From positions 1 through 32,278 of the forward strand of contig JYFJ02004431.1 in assembly GCA_000934665.2 (NCBI GenBank): 32,278 bases of DNA. Direction: 5' to 3'. Position numbers and translations under genes: made by a program. This stretch comes from Catajapyx aquilonaris (Eukaryota). The notes under the pieces were generated by a model that saw only the letters and a list, made by a program, of their open reading frames with translations, was not told where the DNA came from and searched no databases. This document shows, piece by piece, positions 8,806 to 19,360 of this stretch. Each line of letters begins with the position of its first letter. Within the stretch, counting starts at the first letter, position 1.

Positions 8806-11800
8806 CTGGGTTCACTGTGATGAGTGGGTATATATTGCTGACAAATCTGTGGCACAAACTGTAGCGATTTCGGAGAGAGACAAGCTGAAGTCAAGAGAAT
8901 GCCACATGACTGGGGCCACATGTGTTGACTTATTCATTCACAAGATTATGTAAAATGCTAGCAGTAATAATTCATCTTTTTTTGTAACAATGCGTAAAAC
9001 GGCCTATTCTGGTATTCAAACGTCTAAAGAATTGTAAAAAGGATGTCTAGCACGCGAATAATTTTTAATAGGTAATTACAAGTGTCTCGTTTTATCCCAA
9101 TGAGGGTTATGTAAATCTTCATTGTTTCGCCTATGACACTCCAGCGTATGAGTATGGGCGTCAACAATAGGTCACGTTCTATTGCATCCTCGCCGTGCAT
9201 AATGTGCAGCGGGGGAAAAGTGATTTTCATATTGAATAATCTGCATGCCATTTCTGCCCTGAAAGTAATAAGTGATAACCGTTGTACTTGCAGGATGAGA
9301 AATCTGGTAATATCGCATATACCGTAGCTGTAAAATGTTGACACCGGCAAGTGTTTTTAAAGAGATGCTAAAGAACATTTTTACGGTTAATGGAGCATAA
9401 AACTGACTTTTGTTCACCAGGGCTCTATTATCTGTGAAGGTCGGGGCTATTGATAAAATCGCGTGCCACACCCCGAAGTTTTTTTTGTTCACCCGGTCCT
9501 CATTCACCTCTATGTCGTGTGCGCGGCATGAGTTATTCCTCGTCCTAAACAAAAATGTTGGGCGTACACTAGAGATCTGACCAGTTATGTATGAATGGCT
9601 CTTGGAAGAAAAAGAAAAATATCCGTGGGGCAGAAAAGAGAAGTGATGTCACTAATGAGGAGGAAACTCCTGAGGCAAAAGGCCAATGACCAGGTACTGC
9701 AGGCACTTTCTAAAAAAGACGAATCAGCGTATCCAGGTTAAAAGTGACAAAGTGCAAAAGTGTGAGTGCACTTCCTTGAGCTGATTGGAAGAAGCTGCGT
9801 TAGTTGCAAGTAATAACGACCGGATGCCCAGATTTTTTGGTTATTAAATTTTTTTTCAGGCAGCGTCGTGCCGCGTGCTGCCGAGATAAGATCTCCTATA
9901 CTTGACATTTAAGTCATCCTCGCGGAACGATGAACGCACTTTGTTCTTAAGGGTGACGTCATGAATGTTTATTTTACGAAGGAGCCTGAAAGCGTGGATG
10001 ACCCGCGGCCGCCCTTTTCCTTCATCGCTGCTAACCCGTTTCCTTCCTGTTTGGTTTTCAATCTTTTCAGATTTTTTTTTCTATCAGTTTCGTGCCTCTC
10101 CTTCAGCCAAGAGACGCCTAAGAGGATGAGACTGGCAAGATGATCGTGTGCGCCTTTTGAAAAGAAAGAATAGCCTGTAGGAGGCAATAGATGAGTTCCT
10201 TGTGAGCAAAGGCGTTTTCTTTTCAACTGCAGATCGTGTACAGTGGAGGACTCTTTCCCTGGAGCGTGCTTCGTGACGTCAGTAGAACAATGACCCTGTC
10301 CGGTCATCCTCTTCTGCTGTCTCTGCCCACCTTTTCGAGCACCCTTTTTTCTCCCCAAGAAATTCTGATAGACCAATGGCGAAAAAACTTTGTTTCAACC
10401 TGCCGTAGAAGGTTGGTGTGGACTTGTTTGTCCTACGCGTCGTTTTGTGCGTCATTCATGAAAACGTGGGGCAGTAATATACCCACAACCAAATGATAAG
10501 AGTTTTCATGAAAGCAAATAGTCTGTCTTTGCTGCATGCCTTTTTTTAGATAAGAAGGCGACAGAAGTAATAAATTAGTCGTAGAACAAAGTTGAAATGA
10601 GCAGTAAACATACACTGTTCATGTCCATGTCTATAAAAAGCGGTGACGCCTACAAAAAAGCTAGTTGGCTCCAGTTTGATTAGCAAAGGCGTTTGTGCTA
10701 AGCCGCTTCATTTCTGACTTAATCAGGCGACATCCGAATAGCGACTGTGATATATTATATTCTTTGTTGAGGAGGCTTCCACTACGGAATTCATGCTTCC
10801 TGCTCTTGCATTATGCATACTCAATTCACTCTCTCCTCAAGGGGTAAAGTTGTTTCAGGATAGGATCAGCGTTCCTATGTATATTTTTATTCCCAAAGGT
10901 TTGCCTCCGAGGCAAAGTCTCGCTTTCACTGTTACAATGCAAATTCGACCTGCCTGGATGACAGACATGCAAAAATCGGGGAACGCATCTGGAATGTTAA
11001 TGGTAGGATATCCGAGGATGTGGTCGATTCCTCGCCAAATAAAAATGGGTCGTGTTGAATGCAAGTTGCGCAAGATAATCCGAAGCGTGTATCTCCAGGC
11101 CTGAGTGGACGTGCAGCAACCTCATCATCCATGATCCGAGTCGCGATCAAAGCGTCGGTGAGTGCTGCAATTGAGGGGACCAGAGAGGACCTCCCCGTCC
11201 TCCCAAGAGGGTGTGTACAAAAAAGTGTATGTGTGGTGAGTCGTGTTTGGTCTGGACCACAGGATCCTCTGGATGGGGATGATTTTGCCACGGGCTCTTG
11301 TCCCAATTGGTGGCCAAGCCCTTGTGGGGGCCACAAAGAGCACCCTGCTGGGCTTCTATGGAATGCATCAACTTCACCGCAACACCTTTTGTCTCGTGGT
11401 CTCCTCCTTCTGTGTGTTCCAGACAGCCCTGAATTAACCCACTTTGTTTCCTAAAAAAAAATGCATAAATGTAAAGTGGCGAGGATAATTGGATGGGAGG
11501 TTGGGGGAATCAGAGGGGTCGATGACAAGGGTACTGCCGGGTACTGCCTTATAACCCACGCACTCGAGGGTTCACCCTCTAAAGGGGATAACTGAAAATA
11601 ATCAAATATCAGAGAATACCAGATTATCCAAGAAATTTCCGAAAAAATCATGGACAAACAACAATATTGTAATATTGAATTGCTGAGCTAATCTGATGTC
11701 AATCTCTAGTTGAATTTCTGGTTGTAAGGATCCGTGGATTATTACAGTCGTCAGCCATGTTCTTCCAAAGTGAATACCTGAGATCATGCAAGTAGAGCAA

Positions 11801-14050
11801 GAAAAGGTTGAGGATTTCGTCCCCGAGGCAAAGGGGAAAGCTCTTCGGGTCGGTCGGTGGGTCGGTCCATCCTGCTTGTGCATGTCTCCTGAGGACCTTG
11901 TCTTGGTCATGCTCCCTTGGTCTCACGCGATCTTCTGAGGATGGAGCAGTCATTACACTGTATTAGGCCCCGACCCTTTGCGTATACTGTACCTGCGAGC
12001 AACAAGAAGGCCAGGCAATTGGTTTAAAATATTTGCGCAGAGGCCATGGGAGGCCCTGTCTGCCTGCCTCTTTGATGACACCAGGGGTTCGCCATGGCGT
12101 GATTTGTACTGACTTGGCCACATGCCGGAGTCGGCCTTCGCCTTCAGAGGTCATCTTGTCGCGTTCCAGATCCCGTGTCAAGGCAGCAAACCCTGGTTCA
12201 CTAGGGTGTCATACGCGCAATGCTCCGACGAGCCTTATTCACCCAATTCATGCCACAATACTAACAGCGTAGATAAATCAAGCTTATGGAGCGGGCATTG
12301 AATTGTGCATATACAGGGCGGTGCACTGACCACGTCTGCTCTTGTGTAATTTTTTTGTGGCACGTATCAGAGACGTGGATTTATCAACGTCTTATTGCAC
12401 ATCTGAGCTTGATCGTTGTTTGCATTGAAGGAAAAGGTCAGTGTTATTTATCACAAAAGTCGGAATGAGAACCTACACGTATTATCATACCGTTTTGAAC
12501 CGGAGCCAACCAGGGATGCGATTAATGAGACAACCTGCATTATCGCCGCAATTCCCCACGCATGAGTGAACTAGTCTCAAGGAATGACCGTATATATTGA
12601 GAAAAAGCAGCAGAAAAAAAAAAACATTCTCTCGAGAGAAAAAAATTTGCGAACCCCTTCGGACAAGAAGTTTCTTGTGCACCAAAAGATATATTATACG
12701 ACACCTCATGTTGTTTCATTGGTTCCGCAAAGGAACACAGTTTAATGCGGGGCGTTGGCCACGAAAGGAACCTTGAAGGATACAAGGCGACGTGAATTGA
12801 CTGTCCGCGGTCCATGACTTCTAATGAACGGACGCGCAGCATGGAGAAAGGATCCGGGGATTTCATTAGCCGGCCTGGCAATTTCTTCCCTGTTTCTGGG
12901 TGGAGACTAATGGCATATCCGGACGCTGATGTCAGTAATGCTGACTCCGATGCCCATCGCAGATCAATGAAACAGTCGAAGGAGATTAATTCGGCAATTA
13001 TGCCGCTGGATACTCCCATTGACGAGCCAATTAGCCGCTTTTTTCCCTGTCTCTCATGGTATATTGAACAGGTTTTTCCTGATTTGCCATTTGTCAGATG
13101 GGATTCAGGTGCTGGTCTTTCATGTTCATCCACACCTCCTCAAGTGAACAACTTGAAAAAAATTCGCAAATGAGTCATATCTAAGCACTGTGTGAAACTG
13201 CAATTTTTTTGAGTACAAATCTGCTGCATACTATTTTTGTACTAATTTGATGCGTCAACCGTTTGAGGCAAGAACCTGAATAATGGGTTCAAGGTAATTC
13301 AATGGAAATTATGGCTTTCTGTGCTATTAATTTTTAAAACATTTCCCTTGCGGGCATACCCGCCGGCCTACCGACGCTTTCATTGAAAAGTAATTGAGAA
13401 TGGTGTCCCTCCCTATTTTTTTTCTTAGAAGGCGTTTTGTAATTAACAATTATCATTGAGGGAACCGGTACTTCGAATCGGAGCATCAACCACAGCATCA
13501 AGAAAGAAAATCCGTGGGGACGGGGATGTTCATTCTCTCTCTTCTCCATCCCCGTCTGGGTCCGACGAGAGTGTCGAGTTACGCGCCGCAAAGTGTGGGA
13601 ACAAATTTTCGGTGAGGCCTGCGTCAGGACCGAGTATGTGAAGGTTACAGGAGGAGGCACAGCCTTGAGTTTTTGGGCCTTCAGGGGGCCCTGGTTTCCG
13701 TCGCTGATGCTGCGGTGTCCACTTGACCTCTCCGAGAGTGAGAAGGAAGCTTGATGAGGAGCTAGGGGGGGCTTTGGGATTGGGCATAACTAGCTCATGG
13801 GGCACCATTTTCTGTAACGCTACTCGCCTAGCTGCGCAAGTTATGACCGTGAATTTTTGGGGCCTTGTTTAGAGCTTGGGAGGGGGCAGGGGGAGAGGGT
13901 ATTAAATTCGGGTTAGGTTTTTGTCCAGGTTTTTTCCATAGAAGGAGGGAGGGGGTGTTACATCAGGTCAGTTACATTCAAATAACCGAAATAATTTATT
14001 GTAAATATCTACACATAATCGGGGATTTCCGAGATATGCATAGCGTCCTA

Positions 14051-14268
14051 CATGTCGTCAATTGGGGTAAGATTGTGCCAGCTGGGGTGATATTGTGCCA
14101 GCTCATTTTTCGACAAAAGTGTGCCCTACTGGCAGCAAGCGAATTTAGGCATGTTTCACTACATTGAGGAATTGTCAAGGTTGGCAATGATTAGTAAAAT
14201 TCGCGGTAGAGCGCACTGTTGTCCCCCAAAAAAATGCGCTGGCACAATCTCACCCCAATTGACGGGTG
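14051..14268. mobile_element. MITE / non-autonomous DNA transposon (~218 bp), probably Tc1/mariner-pogo superfamily
   Basis: 27-bp inverted repeats with one mismatch: CGTCAATTGGGGTAAGATTGTGCCAGC (14056-14082) and GCTGGCACAATCTCACCCCAATTGACG (14238-14264). A tandem second copy of the inner 20 bp lies at 14083-14102. Outer context is TA-CA...TG-TA (TA at 14049-14050 and 14269-14270). No coding capacity. The exact termini are uncertain by a few bp and the superfamily is inferred. Confidence 0.85.
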
Positions 14269-14587
14269 TACTACACTTGTACAGTTGTTATACTTTTAGT
14301 CATATTAAGAAATTTGGCAATAAAATAATTCAGGCATAGCTGGGTTTGTTAACATGATACAACCAATCCTAGAGTGTAATAGTGTAATACAGTAGAAGCA
14401 CGTGCATGTTGAATCGGCGTGGCTCTTGAAACCCGTGGCTCCAAACAGTCGGAAGTCCATCATGTGAAGGGTGAGTTTCGGATTTTGTCCAAGAACTACT
14501 GACGAGGGTTTGTGTAGCAAGGCAGGAAAACCGAACCACCAAAATACAAAGCGACAGAGGAACCGGCTTGGCTTGCCCCCGTAGCAA

Positions 14588-14608
14588 AAGAAGAAGAAGA
14601 AGAAGAAG
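14588..14608 (+). repeat. (AAG)7 microsatellite within a purine-rich tract
   Basis: Direct reading. Confidence 0.95.
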
Positions 14609-15304
14609 AGAGTTTGGGAGGGTGGAGGGGTGGGTAGGAGGGCAAAGGGAGGGAATGAGAGAAGGGTCCCATCAGGGCTAGAAGAAGAAGAAGGTAGCGG
14701 GCAAAGTAGTGGAAGAAGAAGCAGTGGGGCGGAAAGGCCCTGGGGCAGAGTTTTTCCTTTGCTCCGGTGAGAACCGAAAGGGGCAGCTGCGGTCTTTTGG
14801 TCTACAATTTTGCAGGAGAGGTGGTGGGGATGGGGATGAAGGGGGGTAAGGCCAAGTTCCCTTGCTGAGACTTGCTTGCTTGCCCTGCTTGCACGAATTG
14901 GCATTTCGTACACACAGGAAGGACGAATATCATTCGGTCACGCTATTACACTGATTTTCAATTTACCCTGTTCGCTTATGATTTTGTGTCTATAGGACGG
15001 GATGTTCCGACCAATCATTGAAACGTGAATGAGCATAATTTTATGGGGGGATAGTATATTTGAAACAATTGCGCGGATGCTAGTATTTTTTTCTGTGTGG
15101 AGAGTTACCCCACAATTTTTCCATTCATTGGTGGGCACCAGTAGCCGGTAGGGCACGAAGAGAAAAATTCCCTGGGTGTTATCGTGGTTGGAGATCGAAG
15201 ACTTCCTCTGGACTCACGCATACAGGGGAGTCTTAATGACTTTCCAGACCACAAGAAACAATGCGAAGGCCCCGTTTACATTGCCCCGTCTTCGTGGGAA
15301 CATT

Positions 15305-15398
15305 CCCCCACACCCATTGAACACAACACCCCCCCCCTCCCCCACCCCCGGTCATATCCCCTTGCCCTCTCCTCCTCCTCCTCCTCACCTCCTCTTCC
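15305..15398 (+). repeat. C-rich low-complexity tract ending in (CCT)n
   Basis: Multiple C-runs followed by CCT repeats; G-quadruplex-capable on the minus strand. Confidence 0.8.
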
Positions 15399-18300
15399 AT
15401 AACGCATCCATTGGCTAAACTGGGCCATCCGCTGCCATCGGGGACACACCAGTTTACACCCAACATCAGGGACATAACAAATAGCCTGTCAACACACACT
15501 AGAGTTCAATACATCTACGGTAATTACCTTCGAGATTTGGACTGGCAGAGTGACTGAATTAATGTATGAGGGTTGTGTCTGCTTCTGCATAGGCTTCAAC
15601 ATAATGCAGCCAGCGGAGTCGCTTATCATGCAACATTTTTCAGGGCGGGTAAAAATGTTTCCGTAACTGCAGGGCCACTGATCTGAAGGTAGATCCCTGC
15701 CAGTAAAGGTTACGGTACTTATACGAGAGCAGTTAGATCTGTCGGAATGTTTTCAGATAAATTCGATTTTTTTAGGAGCCTCGACGCGCATTAACGTGCC
15801 AAGTTTCGTGTAATGGGGATAATAATGAGAATCAGTGCAGGTAACATCCTGCAAGCTATAGAGAACCCATGATAACGCCTAAAAGGTGCAAGAACGGATA
15901 TTCACTTGTTATATAGGCTACTGCAAAATGTTACCCTGGAATATATTGTGATACAGTGCATGATACAGTGTAACATTGCTTGAAGTATATCTTATTAGAT
16001 TATTTTCTATACGCTCGTATGGTTTTGCGACATTCAAATAAGGTCTTATGGTTACCAAGGTCATGAATGGAAATGTCTATATACATATTAGTAAACATTT
16101 CTTATGTGCGTGTCTGGTCTTCCCTGCATCCAGCACTGTACGTATATCGAACGAGTGTTTACCTTCCCTGCACACTGGCTTTCGCTAGATGGCTAATTAA
16201 TGTAATTGAATGTCTTTTATTATTAAAGTCAGCCTTATAGAAGAGGTACTTCATAAATTAGAACTTGTTGTTATCTTTGAACTGATATGCGCAGTACAGT
16301 ATATACTTATGTAGGCCTACAATATGCAGATAGTTGTTAGTATAACGACCGAGACATGGTATCCTTCAGCACAACATCCAAGGTCTTTTATCACCGGAAT
16401 CCAGTTTTGCACCGGAAATCATATTAGCTCAGGGGTTTGACGGCGAACAGTTGATCGACTGACTTATCAACGTCCTGCAGTCCTATACACACTTTATTAT
16501 CTGACTGTGGGTAAGTAATAGCTTTAAATAATTGGAGGCCTCCTTTCAAAAAACGAAATCTGTGCATAGAATTCAAATCAGAATTAAGATTTGAATACCA
16601 ACGAGCTGCATCGATTACAATAGAAATGTTCAAACCACTGTTCCTAAGTCATTGAAATAAATTCTTGAAAAATCAGACACACGTACTGTACAGTTCATAT
16701 GAAGTACAGTACCTCTACACTGACCTGTTGATAATTGTAATATGTGTGGTATCCGTCATTTTACTCCTTTTTAAAGTGCCGTTTTAAACCATACGCATAA
16801 AATATTACCTCTCGGAACACAGCACGTAAAAAATCCGTCACTGCTAAGGTAACCACAAGATTCGTGTCGGGAAGACATTACTTAAGTGATGAACGCGACG
16901 GATGACCTCAGAATCGGAAGATGTAATCCGCTGCTACACCGGTTGCTTCTGCTGCTGCTTTAAATCTCTTGATTTACTGGGAATGAGTGTACCCCCAGTT
17001 CTCAGACCCAAGTGCCCGTTACTCGAATAATAGTAATAGTATGCATTATGATGCTGTTGTGCACGGAACGGGATATACCAAAGAGCCTCGTGCATGCCGT
17101 TAGTAGGAGACGTTTTGTCCACAGCCACTAATAAAATAATTGCCGGGGTTAAGTTTCCATTGTCCCCCATGAGTCGGACGTCCGCGTGTTCTAACTCTAA
17201 CCCACATATTATTCCTCCGGGTTGGTTGTTGACATTTGACTTGCTCTGAAGTGGGGATTAGCTTAGGCTGGGGCAAAAATGATGCGGAAGAAAGTATATT
17301 ACATGCACATGCTCCTTTCTAACTCACATCCTGACTCTAAGATAATAGAATTTCCGTACGAAGAATATTAGGTCAGTAACGTTAGCCACACGCGTCGCTT
17401 GCGTTATACCGCATGTTACATATGAACTTCCGTTGTGTACTGTTCAAGTGAATATAGCATCTGGCAACCTGTTCCCTTCCGGAGGGAGCACCTACGCTGC
17501 TGATAAAAATTCAAGAGGGCATTTGTGAAGAGGGGATTCTTAATTGTATGGAAACTCAGCCTTCCAAGGACTTCGGTGCATTCCCCATTTAATTAGAGTA
17601 GCCTAGCTCCTGCCCTGAGAAAACGACGCCCAGAAGATGAATTCCATTCGTGTCAGCATAAGTATGCTTACAGAGTAGCTTCAGTTCTCTCATAGTAAAT
17701 CCGTGCTTGTTATACGCCCGTCTAAACTATATTTGATAGCTGTTGGAGCCTCTGACAGGTTAGTAAAAAATATGTGCGCTCTCTTCGCATTCTTGTGCGG
17801 ATTTGGGAGCCTAACGATGGTGGTTACCACACCCTTACACAAGCAAACACACTTGTTGCTGGGTGGTAATTAGTGGTGTGAATTTCCATCGCCCCCCACC
17901 TCCAAGTGCTGAGTGTACCGTTAGCATAGTTTTTGTAAGCGAGAAAACAAACTCTAGACGTCGAGGAGGTCCGGCCCGGCTGTTGAGTTGTATCGAATTT
18001 CCCTTTGACTGACGTCGCTTCTCTTCGCCTCGAGATTTTCCCTCCACGGGTCAGAAATCAACCAGCTCAAATGTACGTTATCCCTCAGCTGCGGAAAAAA
18101 AAATGGTAAACAGTCGTACAAAAAAATCTATTTGGATCTAGGTGAAAATCTGGTGCGTAACAGGTGCTGCGCGCAGAGCTTAAGTGACTTATTCTACATG
18201 CGTTACATAACATGTGCCCTTGCTTCCCACACTGCTAATGTGTTCTGGCGTAGCAGCCACAGAGTAATGATCTCGAGAAGGTTTCTTTATATAGTCCCCC

Positions 18301-19102
18301 CGATAACTATATGACGCTAAAACACTAATCTTTGCGGTTCACCGCCGTTTCGGGACGCAGAGGCTACTGGTTTTCTTTATAAGAATTGCGTATATGCATT
18401 GTTAGGATTGCGAAAGATCCCACCGGTAATTGATTTCTCTTATTTGGAAGGGAAAGTCTGCGTAAGCAATGAAAACGCTGAGAATCGCATGGGAAAAAGG
18501 AAATGGAGGTGGTAATTTGAAAGCTCCCGAAGATTGCGTGATGGAAACAGAGAAAGGCATATTTTACCATTTAATATCGCACTCGCAAGTGTCCCATGGA
18601 GGGAAAAAAATCTTTGAAAAATGAAGAGGTCAGTCGTCAGGCAGATGCATTTAATGGCATAGTTCACGCCTTCTGAGGAGTCGCATGAGCAACTTGGCCT
18701 TGCCTCCTGTTCCGCGGCGCTGCCTTTCGGCACAATATTAATAAACTTCGACGGCCTTCAATGAGCAACTGAAGTGGCCGCCATGTGTGGGCAGCAGCCG
18801 CGCATCTTCTCACCGGGCGCACTGCTTACACGGCCCATCAATTTCAGGAGCAAGCCCGCAAATTTGTCCCCCTGTCCAACTCTGCAAAAACCTTTGAATT
18901 GTTGTTAAGTGTGGCCCAGTCAAATCGGGCCATTTCGAGCTAGTTCCGCGCTTGGTCGCTAGGAGCCGCTGGAGAGCTGGGCTCTAGAGACCTCTAGGTT
19001 TCATCGGGATTAATCACGACCCGAGTGTGTTTCAGCTCTTGCCGGTAGATGGAGCAAGTGATGCAGCGAGGGATTAATAATTTGCTTTGCGTCTGCATGG
19101 CG

Positions 19103-19289
19103 GCTTGATTTGCATTGTGATGACAGAATGACACGGCTCTTGAGTGCATCCCAACTCGGCAATGGGTCAGTGGTCATCCGCTCATCACCACTTGAAGGTT
19201 GAGATTTATCCTCGCGGCCTACACCATATTCGCTCATACTCTATGACTTTCTATTTCCGTGTTTCGCTTGCTTGATTTGCATACTGATG
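19103..19289 (+). repeat. Degenerate direct repeat, each copy carrying an octamer
   Basis: GCTTGATTTGCATTGTGATG (19103-19122) and GCTTGATTTGCATACTGATG (19270-19289) are 18/20 identical with a 167-bp offset. Confidence 0.65.
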
Positions 19290-19333
19290 CGAGTGGTGAT
19301 GCCTTGGCCAAGAGTGGTCAGTACGCGGAGAAT

Positions 19334-19360
19334 TAATAATAATGATGATGATGATGATGA
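19334..19360 (+). repeat. Compound (TAA)3(TGA)6 microsatellite
   Basis: Direct reading. Confidence 0.9.

Noticed and set aside
12627..12640. Perfect 14-bp palindrome TTCTCTCGAGAGAA
   Set aside because: About two palindromes of this length are expected by chance in 32 kb.
12540..13173. Overlapping 197-aa (minus) and 119-aa (plus) ORFs
   Set aside because: No recognisable motifs or convincing splice boundaries. The region is TAAT-rich and looks more like enhancer sequence.
14305..14913. Longest ORF in the track (202 aa, minus strand)
   Set aside because: It translates the (AAG)n and G-rich tracts into poly-F/S/P runs. It is a low-complexity artefact with no domain signature.
16683..16712. 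Near-palindrome GTACTGTAC-AG-TTCATATGAA-GTACAGTAC
   Set aside because: Built from the locally common TACAGTA motif. It is short and plausibly chance or a template-switch product.
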